DNA of 64,000 bases, taken from the human T2T-CHM13v2.0 reference genome, Homo sapiens. Under the pieces are notes generated by a model, which was not told the origin of the DNA, did not search any database, and saw only the letters and a program-made list of their open reading frames with translations. This document shows positions 17,898 through 39,302 of this stretch, in pieces. Position 1 is the first letter of the stretch. Each line of letters opens with the position of its first letter. Both the position numbers and the translations under genes were made by a program. The stretch lies in NCBI RefSeq assembly GCF_009914755.1, contig NC_060930.1. The stretch is one strand, 5' to 3'.

Positions 17898-18332
<435 letters not shown>

Positions 18333-18739
18333 CTAGGAAGGTGTATATGCCACATACTACTGATAAAAATTGTAGGAACCCATTGGTAGTTCCCATAACC
18401 ACCATTGATGTGTTAATTCCCACAACATCAAAAATAAAGAATTAGTTCCACAAGCTGTCTGTCAATAATACTCTGAAGGCAACCTATTCATCAGCACCAG
18501 AATCCCACTGATTTTCTTCCACATGTTCACAATCTTTTGCCATCAGTCATCTATCGGATTCTACAACTGTTTGGGAGTGTCAGGCTAACAAAAGTCAAAA
18601 CTGGGCATTGACATTAATGGTAGTTTACTGATGTTTCCCCTGCAAATCTCGTATTTTCTGATACTAAAATTTTGCACAGAAGTTGGATTTCAAAAGGCTA
18701 ATTGCATGTTCTATCTGAAATCTTATAATTATAGTACTT

Positions 18740-18969
18740 CTACGAAAAAAGATGTCTAGTAACATAAATTGCTTCTGCATCGGTTCCACAAACAAGACAA
18801 GGACCTAAAACATCCAAAGTGTTCACAGACAGAGACCTACTGGGAAGTAAGCTTGTGATTTCAATTCGGTCTTTTGCAGGATCAGTGCTGAGCCAGGAGC
18901 TAATGACAGACTGGTGAACATTAGCTTGGTTACTAATGCTATGAGACAAAAAAGTACTGCTTCTTCCTC
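18740..18969 (-). CDS. NUP43: Nucleoporin Nup43, coding exon 8 (last): GRSSTFLSHSISNQ...YVTRHLFS*
   Basis: Acceptor ttttctcccag; 230 nt to TAG; phase matches exon 7. Eight exons sum to 1143 nt = 380 aa. Confidence 0.97.
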
Positions 18970-20399
18970 CTGGGAGAAAAAAAGAAAAGGAAGAAATCTT
19001 TCAAGATGATTTTTATATTAGTAAACATTCAAACTTCTACTGATATTTAGAAAGGTGATGATATCAATGTGTTTAATTCTCAGAATAATAGGCTAATAAT
19101 TCCATTATTATACATCACCACTTTGGACCAAAGGCTTATTCAGTGATATTAAATATTCAAATTTCCATGGGATAATATGGATACCAAACTCGAAGTCTTC
19201 AGGAAAAGCAGGTGATTTCAACTGACTTTCTGTTCATCTTTTAATGGAAAGTCTCAGAAAGGTAGCAAAACGGCCAGCATACAAGTTGAATAAGGAAAGA
19301 AAAAAAAGAAACCAAAAATGTAGGTAATACATGGAAATATAAACTCTTGGGTAATAACAAAATAAAATGATCATGAGAAAGAATTTCTAGACATATTTCT
19401 AGATGAACATTTCTAGAAATATATTTCTAAATATATATTTGTTACTATATTTCTTAAAATATAATCGCCTTACCTCAAATCTTTCATTCTTATGCTTTTT
19501 AGATAAATGTTCTTACAAGCAGATTAGAACACTACTAGATTATAAGGTTTTATCTCTAACAGCGCACTGTACTTACTATAGAATAAAGTGAGGCAGAGGC
19601 AGTATATTTCAATTTTAGTCATTATTCGCAACTTACTTTCCTCTCAACTTGCTGTCATATCAAATAAGTACAAATTTAATTCACTCAACAAATGACTGAG
19701 TACCTACTATGTGCCAGGCTCTGTGCTAAGTGCTCTGTGCCAAGTCCCTATGTCTTGAAGCTTAAAGATTAGTACATTTAAAATCTTGCTGATCCTTTAA
19801 AATATGGCTGAACTTCCTTCTCTAAGAAAACTTTGAAGACAACCTCTACTTCATGTTTTTCTCTTTCCTTGAACCCTCAGCACTTGTATGTACCATTAAT
19901 TTACTACTTTATAACAATTCTTATATCCTAATTGAACTATCCATGCCTCTGTCCATGACTAAATATGTCTTAAGAGCAGGATGCATATTTTATATGTTTT
20001 ACTTTTTCACAGTGTCTAATACTGTGCCTTGCAATAGTAGACACAGAATAAAGTTTTATTTCCAGTCTAACCAAGGTTCCTTAAAAGTAAACTTGCAAGT
20101 TCAAGACTGTGCGGTTAGGGGAGGAAGGAAGTAAAAACGAAGTACATACTTAGTTAATCCTTAGATGAAACTGTTTGTTTCTCTGTAGATGAAGTTATAG
20201 CATGGACATGCATGCATGCTCCACACATGCTCTCCGCTCCAGAATTTTTCTGAAGAAGTTTTAGAATTTTTTTCCCCTTAGTTTTTCTGTTTATCTTTTA
20301 CTGCCCCTACATTTTACATTGCTCTTGGACGCTGTAAAGATTAACACATTATTCAAGCCACTGTGATAAGACTCCTTCCTCATCTCCCTGTTTTCCACT

Positions 20400-21043
<644 letters not shown>

Positions 21044-21069
21044 TGAGCCACCGCGCCCGGCCTCCTTTT

Positions 21070-21502
21070 CCACTTTGCTGTGCTCCACTATATACTGTAG
21101 GAGGTAGAAGTTGGTAAACTCCACTTTCCAGGCTGCTTTGCCATCTGCCATCCAGATGGGCCTTGCCAATAGCAGGTATTAATGGTGGGTGACTGGAAGG
21201 CGGAGGGGAGAAGCAGCTCCTTCCTGCTCCAGGTTTCTGGCAACAACACTGGTGGTAGTTTCAGCCTGGTTGAGGGAGCGCCTTTTCTCCTAATTCAGAA
21301 CAAACTTTTAAAGCATTTTCAACAGTCAAGTAGCAGGGGTACTAACAATTACTATTTCTGGGTTTTCCCTTTTCTTCCTATTTGTTCTCCCAGCACCCCT
21401 CCTATTACCTTTTGTTTTCCCAGCCCTTCTAACACATGTGAGACCAATTCCTTCTACATCTAAGGTAGTTTCTGACATTCTAATTGGACTCTTACTGATA
21501 CA
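21070..21502 (+). mobile_element. ERVL LTR (LTR33-like) fragment
   Basis: Resembles recalled LTR33 consensus and ends ctgataca. Confidence 0.45.
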
Positions 21503-21915
21503 TTATCTATTTTTTTAACTATTAGAATATTTGCTCTATGCGTTTCGACATTTCGTTCTGCTCACTGTTACACGTCCTAACACCTAGAAGAATGCCTACC
21601 ACATGGTAGGCATTCAGTAAATATTTCTGAATAAATGAATAAGCAAAAGAACTTTGGAGCCACAGACAAACCCTCAAAAACAGGAAACTTGGAAAATGCA
21701 AAAACACATAAACCCCGATTACAAGTGCATGGTCTTTGGCTGACCATAACCTACAACTGACTGTAATGAGGAAAGCACGCCCTTTTTTTTTTTTTTTGAG
21801 ACGGAGTTTCGCTTTTGCTATCCAGGCTGGAGTGCAATGGTGCAATCTCGGCTCGCTGAAACCTCTGTCTCCTGGGTAAAAGCAATTCTCCTGCCTCAGC
21901 CTCCTGAATAGCTAG

Positions 21916-22209
<294 letters not shown>

Positions 22210-23042
22210 TAATGGCACTCACAAAGGAGAACCTTGGCTGTCTCAAGTGAGCCAGCTTACAGCATTTCTAGCCATCAGCCATACAGTAGTAAGTAACTTG
22301 ACAGTCAGATTTCAAGCCCTGTGATACTCAAATTTACTCTGAGGCAAGAGAATAAAAATGTTTTGCCATTAAGTAAAAAATACGAGGATGTCTAATTTGG
22401 TATTTAAAAGTATAAAATGGCTGGGTACAGCCAGCTCATGCTTATAATTGCAATACCTCGGGAGGCCCAGGCAGGAAGATTGCTTGAGCTCAGGAGTTTG
22501 AGAGCAGCCTGGGCAGCATAGTGAGAGCTCATCTCTACAAAAAAATTAAAAAAAAAAAATTAGCTGGTTGTGGTTGCAAGCATCTCTGGTCTTAGCTATT
22601 TGGGAGGCTGGGGCAGGAGGACCACTTAAGCCCAGGAGGGCGAGGATGTAGCGAGCTGTGATCATGCCACTGCAGTCCAGCCTGCATGTCAGAGTGAGAC
22701 GCTGTCTCAAACAAAAAAAAAAACAAAATAAAAGTATGATAAAATTACTCATAACAGGCTGGGCACAGTGGCTCATGCCTGTAATCCCAGCACTTTGGGG
22801 AGGCTGAGGTGGTCAGATCACTTGAGGCCAGGAGTTTGAGACCAGCCTGGCCAACATAGCAAAACCCCATCTCTACTAAAAATACAAAAAAATTAGCCAG
22901 TTGTGGTGGCACACACCTGTAATCCCAGCTACTAGGGAAGCTAAGGCACAAGAAAAGCTTGAACCTGAGAGGCAGAGGTTGCAGTGAGCTGAGACTGCAC
23001 CACTACACTCCATTCTGGGTGACTGAGTAAGACTCTGTCTCA

Positions 23043-23508
<466 letters not shown>

Positions 23509-23848
23509 CTAAGAGACAAGAATCAATAAGCTCATTCCTGTGCAGATTCGCTGAACAAACAACATTAAACCCCCATCTCTAGGCATCATCTTCCATTATC
23601 CTCCATCACATACCTTCGAGCCTCAAGTCTGTCCTAAAAATTAAAGGCTTCAGAATTAAAGAAAAGACATAATGTAACTTTCCAATGGCTATAACACATA
23701 GAAAGGAAAAAGAACACTTTAGGAGGCTAAGGCGGGTGGATCACCTGAGGTCAGGACCAGCCTGGGCAACATGGTGAAACACCATCTCTACTAAAAATAC
23801 AAAAGTTAGCCAGGCGTGGTGGCGCGTGCTTGTAGTCCCAGCTACTTA

Positions 23849-24353
<505 letters not shown>

Positions 24354-25097
24354 TCATGCCTGTAATCCTACCACTTTGGGAGGCCGAGGTGAGTGGATCA
24401 CCTGAGATCTGGAGTTCAAGACCAGCTAACCAACATGGTGAAACCCCATCTCTACCAAAAATACAAAAAATTAGCCCGGCGTGGTGGCAGGTGCCTGTAA
24501 TCCCAGCTACTTGGGAGGGTGAGGTAGGAGAATTGCTTGAACCCGGGAGGCAAGGTTGCAGTGAGCTGAGATTGCATCACTGCACTCCAGCCTGGGCAAA
24601 AAGAGCAAAACTACGTCTCAAAAAAAAGAAAAGAAAATCATTGCTAAAACATTTAACCCTATTACTTTATGAAAAAGCTTATTTTATTTTATTTTTATTT
24701 TTTTAAATAGAGACAGGGTTTTGCTATGTTGTCTACCTTGGTCTTCTACTCCTGGCGTCAAGCAATCCTCCTGCCTCAGCCTCCCAAAAGTGCTGGAATT
24801 ATAGGTGTGTGCCCAGCTAGGAATGACTGTCTTTTACGGAAAAGTTTTTTTTTAAATTGGTAAGTTGTCTTATTTTTCAATTCCTGTGTCATTAATATAT
24901 GAAGATTATATTATTGGAAAAACTGAGAAAGATCCTAATGAAATATAAAAATGAATTTCTAAGAGGCAATATCCAATATTGGTTAATGCCAAGATTCTGA
25001 ATACTTCTGGTCTTTATCACAGAAATAGCAACTGACTTCTACCAAACCAAAATTTGGAAATGTTCCAAGAATTTGGATCCAGTCTCAGATGGAGGGC

Positions 25098-25945
<848 letters not shown>

Positions 25946-26451
25946 AATAATAAAAAAAATTAGCTAGGTGTAGTGGCATATACCTGTAGTCCCAGCTACT
26001 CAGAAGGGCAAGGCAAGAGGATCACTTGACCCCAGGAGGTTGAGGCTTAAGTGAGGTACCATGCCACTGCACTCCAGCCTGGGCAACATATTGAGACCCT
26101 GTCTCTACAAAAAATAAAAAATTAGCCGGGTGTAGTAGGGGTGCGTGCCTGTAGCCTCAGCTACTCGGGAGGCTGAGGTGGGAGGACTGATTGAGCCAGG
26201 GAGGCAAGGCTGAGGCTGCAGTGGGCTGTGATCATGCCACTGCATTCCAACCTGGGTGAGAGAGACCCCATTTTTTAAAAAATATATAGGGCCGGGCGCA
26301 GTGGCTCACACCTGTAATCCCAGCACTTTGGGATGCCAAGGCAGGCAGATAACCTGAGGTCAGGAGTTTGAGACCAGCCTGGCCAACATGGTGAAACCCC
26401 ATTCCTACTAAAAATACAAAAATTAGCTAGGCATGGTGGCAAATGCCTTTA

Positions 26452-26652
<201 letters not shown>

Positions 26653-27608
26653 CTAAATCATCTCCACCAGAATCAAAAGAAAAAAAAAAGCTTATAAATC
26701 TATTGTTCATGTTAAAAAAAATGATGTGATGCAACAATAAATTGAGGAGCACAACATTTATTAACAAATATGACAGCCTGCATTTGCATGGGAAAAGGGC
26801 ATTCTTGCACACTTCACTATGGCATATAAAATGGTATGATTTTTATCACTTTTCAGGGAGTGGGGTCTCACTATATTGTCCAGGCTGGAGTGCATAGGTG
26901 CAATCATAATGCACTACAGCCTTGAATTCCTGGACTCAAGCAATCCTCCTGCCTCGGCCTCCTGAGAAGCTGGTGCATGCCACTCACCTGGATTAAACTA
27001 GTATTATTAACTTTTTAAAGAGGTTATGTTGCCTAAGCTGGCCTCAAACTCTCAGGCTCAAGCAATCTTCCTGCCTCAGGCTCCTGAGTAGGAGGAGCCT
27101 GGAACTACAGGCATGTGCCAATGTGCCTGGCTTAAACTGGTATTATTTTTGTGTAGAAAAATCTGTCAATGCGCTATGCAAAATGTTTGGCCTAGCAATT
27201 CTACTTCTAAAAAATTATCCTAAGAAAATAAGTACATAAGGCTGGGCATGGGCATAATGGCTATGCCCAGCACTTTGGGAGAATCGTGTAAGTCCAGGAG
27301 TTTAAGGCTGCAATGAGCTATGATCACACCACTACTGCACTCTGGCCTAGGCAACAGAGAGAGACCCTGTCTCCAAAAAAAAAAAAAAAAAAAAAAAACA
27401 CACACAGAGATAAATATCTAAGGATTCTAACTACAGTTTTGGATATAAGAATTAAACCTGTGGTTGATGTGGTGGCTCATAACTCATACCTGTAATCTCA
27501 GCACTTCCTGAGGATCACTTGAGCCCAGGAGTTTGAGACCAGCCTGGGCAATAAAGTGAAACCCCATATCTACAAAAAAAAAAACAAACAACAACAAAAA
27601 ATCAGCTA

Positions 27609-27809
<201 letters not shown>

Positions 27810-27839
27810 TTAGGAGGCCGAGCTGGGCAGATCACCTCA

Positions 27840-28138
<299 letters not shown>

Positions 28139-28246
28139 TTAAAAGCTATGATGTAAAATGATCCACATGTATCATTATGGAAAGGTGCTTATTATATGTC
28201 ATATAACTCACCCAATATAAACTTTCTGTATCTTCACAATACTTAC

Positions 28247-28398
28247 TTTCAGCTTCATGAGCCTTCAGCAGAGATACAGGCATAGTACCTTGTCTAACAT
28301 CCCAAATACTCAACATTCCATCTTGGCCACCAGTAGCTACAACATGCTGTTGGTTGGGATGTCTATCAACACAGTGGAGTGGCACTCGGTCACCAGTC
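28247..28398 (-). CDS. NUP43: Nup43 exon 6: TGDRVPLHCVDRHPNQQHVVATGGQDGMLSIWDVRQGTMPVSLLKAHEAE
   Basis: AG/GTAAGT boundaries, 152 nt, WD40 motif. Confidence 0.97.
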
Positions 28399-28858
28399 CT
28401 TTTGTGGGAGATAACAATGACGTCAAAATCAAATAAAGTATAATTTATCTTTGTGTAACACAGGAAACACGTTTTTTGTTTGTTTTGAGACAAGGCCTCA
28501 CTTACCCAGGCTGGAATGCAGCGCTGCAATCATTGCTTACTGTAGGCTCAAACTCCCTGGGCTCAGGTATCCTCCCACCTCAGCCTCCTGAGTTGCTGGG
28601 AGTACATGTGTGTACCATCATGCCTGGTTAACTTTTTGTATTTTTGTAGAGATGGGGTTTCTCCATGTTGCCCAGGTTGGTCTCAAACTCCCAGGCTCCA
28701 GTGATCTAGCCACCCTGGCCTTCCAAAGTGCTGGGATGACTGGTAACCGTGCCCAGCCTGTTTTTTTTTGTTTATTTTTTAAGAGACCAGGCTCAGTGGC
28801 TCACACCTGTAATCCCAGCACTTTGGGAGGCCAAGGCAGGTGGATGACTTGAGGTTCA

Positions 28859-29098
<240 letters not shown>

Positions 29099-29415
29099 TC
29101 ACCCAGGCTACAGTGCAATGGCCTATCTACAGCTTGCTGCAAGCTGGGCTCAAAAGAGCCTTTTGCCTCAGCCTCCCAAGTAGCTAGGACTACAGGCACA
29201 TGCTACCGTGCCAGGCTATTTTAAGAAATTTTGGTAGAGATGGGGTCTCACTGTGTTGCCCTAGCTGGTCTCAAACTTCTCACCGCAGATAATCCTTCCA
29301 AAATGTTGGGATTACAGGCATGAGTCACCATGCTCAGCCAAGAAACATGTTTTATATGGTAACTAAGTGTCAACTTAGTGGCTGGAGCTACTGGCTGAAT
29401 CTTTTTTTTATTTGA

Positions 29416-29580
<165 letters not shown>

Positions 29581-29593
29581 CTCAGCCTCCTGA

Positions 29594-29770
<177 letters not shown>

Positions 29771-30418
29771 TGAATCTTAATGATACCAAAAAAAATGAAC
29801 TAAATTAGATATATTTCTAAATAGTACAATTTTGAAATAATTCAAGGCCACAATTATTCATTTTCACTTCAATTTGGAGACATGGAATGAAAGACAATCC
29901 GATGGTAAGATGTACAAATCACATTTCCACTTGTTAAATTATTTAAAAACTCATACATCAATTATATACTAAATATTATTTATCATCTTATTTAATGCTT
30001 AGTTTATGTAACTATTTTTTCAGTGTGACACATTCTATTTTCTTACGAGAGAACGTTGTACACCTACAAAGGGGGATTTCTGCTCAGAAAAAATATTTGG
30101 AATTATATTTTTCCCCCAATCATTACATCTGGAGTATATTTTATCCATTAAACAATCATTGAAAGAGCAGAAATAAGTTCTCCATGAAATAATACAAACT
30201 TCAAAGAGTAAAGGCTCTGAATCACTATAACAAATAATTACTAAATGAAGCATAGTAGTACCAACCCCGTCAAGTTATGCTTGCTCTACCAAATTTTAAT
30301 CAGGGATCTCCCTCTTAAAATGCAATTAAAATTCAATATGGCTTAAAGCCAGTAGCTATAAACAACCTAACACATTAATTTGTGGATTACATTACTGAAA
30401 TTACAAATCAACACTTAC

Positions 30419-30554
30419 AGTGACAATATCTGAGAAGGCTCATTTCCTTGTTGTCTGAAATCCCATATTTTCAACTGTCCAATTGAATTTACAGTAAGAA
30501 TCTCAGGAGTTCGAAGAAAGGTTACAGCATGGAGTGTACTACTATCTGCATTGT
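30419..30554 (-). CDS. NUP43: Nup43 exon 5: (D)NADSSTLHAVTFLRTPEILTVNSIGQLKIWDFRQQGNEPSQILS(L)
   Basis: AG/GTAAGT boundaries, 136 nt, phases consistent with neighbouring exons. Confidence 0.97.
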
Positions 30555-30712
30555 CTAAAAATTTAAAAAATGGTAGTATGTGTTAATGAGTCCCCTTTTT
30601 TTCCCAAGAAAATCTTAAATCACACTCCTTTCATGGATTGATATATTACAATTTCCAGTAACTTATAATTTAAATTTCTATAGAAAAATGCATGGTTAAT
30701 GTATATGTTTAA

Positions 30713-31363
<651 letters not shown>

Positions 31364-31759
31364 TGAACTGTTTTCTAAATGGAAGGCTGAGTTTTCATAC
31401 ATTTCTTTTTAACTCTTAAGATCGTTACCCTGCATTTCTGAGAGAGTTGTTCAAGCTCCTCTAAACCCAATCTTACTTCCCACTAGTCCCTGACCTAGAA
31501 CTTCCATTCTATTGAGCCAAACTCCAGTGCTTCCTACAGAGCTCATTCTAACCTTGTATTATTCTGCAGACTCATCCCAAATCTACTCATTTTCACCCTC
31601 ATCAACTCTCGCCCTCTCCATGAAGTCACTCCTTATTGTCATAATGGTCCTTTTTGTTGATTTCCTAGTGTTTAGAACTTATGCCTCATAATTTAACATA
31701 TACTTTATGGACTTTAGTTTGTGCCACTCCTCTACACTGCCACCAGGCAATGGTCATTA

Positions 31760-32511
<752 letters not shown>

Positions 32512-33305
32512 TCAGAGAAGTCTGGCTGAAGCATAGTTCAGAACCAATACACTTAGTTTTCCACCTAAAAGATGTAACTTCTGTGATTTTGCATTACAGA
32601 CTCTTTGCAATCTGGCCCCAGCTTACTTCTCTCTTGCTTCATCTTTCATCTCTCCTAAATAAATATCTAAAGTCGGGTCAAACTATACTTTTTGTCATTC
32701 TCTGAATGTCTTTATCCTGCCTCTGGCCTATTCCCTTTGTCTAGCACGCCATCTTTTAGTATTACTTATGGTCTAGAACCTAGAAAAACTATTAATTACT
32801 ACCTGCTTCCAGATGTTTTATCTGATAATGCCCTCTCACCAAAAAAAAAAAGGTTTCTGTTTCCTCTAGTCAGTCATTCATACTGGTCTCATCAACATAC
32901 TGTCTTGACAAAGGGATCCTGCCTTGCGTTGTGTGTGCACATGTGTACATATATTTTATATTTTTTTGAGACAGAGTCTTGCTCTGTCACCCAGGCTGGA
33001 GTGCGGTGGCATGATCTCGGCTCACTGCAGCCTCTCAGTCTCTCAGGTTCAAGCGATTCTCATGCCTCAGCCTCCCAAGCAGCTGGGATTACAGGCCTGT
33101 GCCACCATGCCCAGCTAATTTTTGTATTTTTAGTAGAGATGGGGTTTTGCAATATTGGTCAGGCTGGTCTCAAACTCTTGGCCTCAAATGATCTGCTCGC
33201 CTTTGCCTCCTAAGGTGCTGGGATTATAGGCGTCAGCCACTGTACCCGGCCATATATTTTTACATCCCTCCATCACTTAACATTGTGTTTACTTTTTTTT
33301 TTTAG

Positions 33306-33497
<192 letters not shown>

Positions 33498-33657
33498 TGA
33501 TCTTGATCGCTTGACCTTGTGATCCGCCTGCATCACCCTCCCAAAGTGCTGGGGTAACAGGCATGAGCCACCGTGCCTGGCAGTATTTACTTAGTACATG
33601 GTAAGTGCTCAATTACTCTGATGGATGAAAGGAGTACAATGATTTTTCTTTTTTTGA

Positions 33658-34128
<471 letters not shown>

Positions 34129-34167
34129 TAGGTTTCGCCATGTTGGCCAGGCTGGGATTTTTCTTAC

Positions 34168-34348
34168 CTATGGTTCTTACAGCTTCCTTGTGATCAGCTC
34201 TGAAGAGATTTATTCGACCATCCTCTCCAACTGTAACGATTTCTGGGTTGTTGCACACAACACCTGTACATGGTGCACTGCTATAGGAAGGACTGCCAGG
34301 GCCTGTGTGGTAGTGAGCTGTAGTCCACTGCTGGTTGACTGACAGAGT
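34168..34348 (-). CDS. NUP43: Nup43 exon 4: TLSVNQQWTTAHYHTGPG...HKEAVRTI
   Basis: AG/GTAAGA boundaries, 181 nt. Confidence 0.97.
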
Positions 34349-34734
34349 CTAGGCATCAGAAATGAGGATACTATTAAAGCAAAGTACTAAGGAATTAGCA
34401 CTTCTTCCCAACAAGAGTATCTTTAAATTCTGACTCACACCCTTCTACAAGAATAAATCTCTCCTTTTTCCTTTAGAATAATGAAATCTAGAAACTACTG
34501 CCATCAAAGTTCTATATACACTGAATTAGATACAAAAGGAATATTGTTTAATAATGCCCCACATTTATCTCAAACTACAGTAATGACTTTTAGGGATCAA
34601 GCAGTTGGATGTTCAAAAGCAACTCTTTGTATTCTTATGGGAATTAACCTACATCTAAAACATACATATCTGGCCCACGGCTGTCGCTCATGCCTGTAAT
34701 CCTAGCACTTTGGGAGGCCAAGGCAGGCAGATCA

Positions 34735-35060
<326 letters not shown>

Positions 35061-35212
35061 TTAACTAGGCATGTCTATTAGAAAAGGTTACCTTTGGCTG
35101 GGCGCGGTGGCTCACACCTGTAATCCCAGCACTTTGGGAGGCCGAAGAGGGCTGATCACCTGAGGTCAGGTGAGATCAGCCTGACCAACATGGAGAAACC
35201 CCGTCTCTACTA

Positions 35213-35395
<183 letters not shown>

Positions 35396-35414
35396 TCAAA
35401 CTAAAGTTCTTTAC

Positions 35415-35492
35415 CTGGTTATTTGGATGGTGAAGGAAAACTGTTACACATCCTGTTGATGAAGCAGCGACAATTCTTTCCTGGTCAAAAAA
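35415..35492 (-). CDS. NUP43: Nup43 exon 3: FFDQERIVAASSTGCVTVFLHHPNNQ
   Basis: AG/GT boundaries, 78 nt. Confidence 0.97.
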
Positions 35493-36412
35493 CTAAAGAG
35501 AAAATTTCTGCTTGTTAAAGATTCAGAAATATTAGCAGGGAGGAAGTCCATTTGTTTATTTAACTCAATTAGTAGCAAATCTTATAACAATTTTAAAAAG
35601 CAAAGAGCCTATGAGTGCAAAGGAAATAAAATGTGTTAATGAAGCTGAAAGGCCAAACTGCCATACAAAGTATTTTCATGAATAAACAATATTTTTTCCT
35701 AGACACATTCACCCACAATTGATTTAATTTGGGACCAACACAATAAAACCTTAGGAAAATATTATTCCTGGCTGGGTGCAGTGGCTCACGCCTGTAATCC
35801 CAGCATTTTGGGAGGCCTAGGTGGACGGATCACTTGAGCTCAGGAGTTCAAGACCAGCCTGCGCAAGATGGCGAGGCCTCGTCTCTACAAAAATACAAAA
35901 ATGAGTTGGGGTTGTAGGGAAGTGGAGGTTGCAGTGAGCCAAGATTGAGCCCCTGCATTCCAGCCTAGTTGACAGAGCAAGACTCAGTTTCAAAAAAAGA
36001 ATAAAAATTTTAAAAAAGAAAAGCCAGGCACGGTGGCTGACGCCTGTAATCCCAGCACTTTGGGAGGCTGAGGCAAGCGGATCACGAGGTCAGGAGTTCG
36101 AGACCAGCCTGGCCAATACGTTGAAACCTCATCTCTACTAAAAATACAAAAATTAGCTGGGCGTGCTGGCATGTGCCTGTACTCCCAGCTACTCAGGAGG
36201 CTGAGGCAGAAGAATCACTTGAACCCACGAGGTGGGGTTGCAGTGAGCCGAGATCGAGCCACTGCACTCCAGCCTGGGTGACAGAGCAAGACTCGTCATA
36301 AAAAAGAAAAAAAAAAAAGGAAAGGAAAATATCGTCTGGGCATGGTGGCTCACACCTGTAATCCCAGCACTTTGGGAGGCCAAGCCGGGTGGACCACGAG
36401 GTCACGAGTTCA

Positions 36413-36664
<252 letters not shown>

Positions 36665-37015
36665 TTATTTATTTATTTATTTATTTATTTATTATTATTT
36701 TTTTTTGAGACAGAGTTTCGCTCTTGTTGCCCAAGCTGGCGCACTCTCGGCTCACTGCAACCTCTGCGCCCGGGTTCAAGCGATTCTCCTGCCTCAGACT
36801 CCAGAGTAGCTGGGATTACAAGCGCGCACCAGGGCTAGGTAGCTTTCTATGGAAAATGCAGGGGCTCTCCACACCAGGATTTGAAAACTTAATTTCGGCC
36901 GGGCGCCATGGCTCACTCCTGTAATCCCAGCACTTTGGGAGGCCGAGGCAGGCAAATCACCAGGTCAGGAAATAGAGACCATCCTGGCTAATATGGTGAA
37001 ACCCCGTCTCTATTA

Positions 37016-37201
<186 letters not shown>

Positions 37202-37717
37202 TCAATTTCATCCCCACCACTCATTACTGGTTTTGAGACTTTGGCCAAGTTAAGTTCACTAAATCGTGGTAAATCTTTAAAACGGGAGCACTAATCTCTA
37301 CTTAGGGAGTTGTTATGAGAATTCAAAAAACAAAATGATGTTATCCCCCTGCACAGTATCTGTCACATAGTACATGCTCAAGATATATTAGTCTCAATTT
37401 TCTCATTAGTAAAACAAAGTAACGATACTTGATTCACTGGCATGCAACAATAATTAATTTTTGTAAAGCTCCCCAAACGGTATTTAGCACATAGTCGACA
37501 GTCAATTAATAAAAAAGTATGATTAAATCTACATCCCCTTTCCCAGTCCTTTTTCTGCCACTAAATGGCTAAATGATGTTGGGCAAATCATAACTTACAG
37601 AGCACTCAGTTTTCTGTAAACGAGGGGTGACACCAGACAACTTTTATGATGCTCTGCTTGTTTAAATGTATTACTCAGGACTTTCAAAGTTAGCTTTTGG
37701 ATGCTACACAGATTTAC

Positions 37718-37840
37718 CTGTAAATCCATTACATCACCATGGTGTCTGATATCACACAATAACTGATGGTCTCCTTCAAACCCTCCATCAGAGTCCAAGT
37801 TTCCAAAATCTCCAATAGACCACAGTGAAATATAATTTTC
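37718..37840 (-). CDS. NUP43: Nup43 exon 2: ENYISLWSIGDFGNLDSDGGFEGDHQLLCDIRHHGDVMDLQ
   Basis: AG/GT boundaries, 123 nt. Confidence 0.97.
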
Positions 37841-37899
37841 CTGTAAAACAGAAAGTTTTGTCTTGAGATGACATAAACGTCAACTCTCGGAAAATAAAA

Positions 37900-38420
37900 G
37901 TTGTGCTCCCGTCCGGAAATGTTGCTCCAAAACATCTCAAATGGTATGGTGAGTTTAAAACACAACGAGATACGAGGCTCAGGCATGCCATCACCGGCTC
38001 TGAGCTACGGAGCAACCGCGCCTGAGACAGGGGTCCGGGGGACCTAAAAGTGCGAGAAGAACCAGAAGGTGGGAGTTGGCGCGCGGAAGGCCAGGGGTCA
38101 GCTCAACCGGAGAGAGGGAGGAGGTAGGGGCTCGTCCCTATCAGCGGCGATACCTCATTGTCCCAAGATCCTGTAGCGAACGTCTCCGCGGTCTGTAAAC
38201 TTCCCGGAGGCAGCGGTCGCCAGCGGGTTTTGCTGATTTTCTGGGACACAAACTTCGCATAAATTTCCTCCATGCCGAAAGCGGCCGCAGCAGGTACTGC
38301 AAAAAGCAAGCACAGTGCGCGCCTCTCAGCACCGCCTCTTCCCGCGGAACCCTGATTGGATGGGACTTTAGGACGGAGACGGTGGCTGCAGAGAGTCAAT
38401 TCTCGTCGATAGCCAGTGTG
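37900..38420. promoter_or_regulatory. NUP43: NUP43 CpG island / promoter with CCAAT box
   Basis: CpG-rich sequence around exon 1. ctgattgga at ~38352-38360 is CCAAT on the minus strand. Confidence 0.75.
38154..38273 (-). CDS. NUP43: Nup43 exon 1 coding part: MEEIYAKFVSQKISKTRWRPLPPGSLQTAETFATGSWDNE
   Basis: Strong Kozak GGCATGG, recognised Nup43 N-terminus, donor GAG|GTATC. Confidence 0.97.
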
Positions 38421-39047
38421 GGCACAGTCAGTACCTAGACTGAGAGGCCCACCCATCTCACAGAGCAGCTCTGAGCAAAGGCAAGAGCGCTTTGGCCTTT
38501 GAGCAGTAGGACTTGCTCCTAATCTGCAATGTCAGTATTTTCTTGTGTTCAATAATTGTGCAGTGTAAAATTTAAGTGCAAAAACAGAACAAAAACAATG
38601 CAGTAGAAACCACCTTGAAACCACACCTAAGCAGTTGCAGGTCACTGCGCATAGAAAACGATTCAAAAATCCTTAAATACTCGTGGAAGTACCTCGAATA
38701 AAGTGCCAACCTACTATCCCAAACCTCTCCCTCTTGTCTCCCAAACAAATACTTTGCTTCAAAGTTAATACACACTGTCAGAGCCTGGAGTTGGAATTCT
38801 GAAAGACTCCAGTTTTAGTTTTGATGCCAATTGCCTAGCTTTGATCAATTCAATTACGTGCATGATTAAGAATGAAGTTTGTGATACCTATTGTCAACGG
38901 CCCAGGAATCAGTTTTCTAGGTTCCTTCTGTGCTTTTGGTTACACCTATAATATTCTTCCCTTCCTCTTTACTCCTCAGAATCCTGCCTATCCTTCAAGG
39001 ATCTGTTCTTTCCTTTACCATTTCCTGACGACCCCAGCCAATGTTGA

Positions 39048-39302
<255 letters not shown>

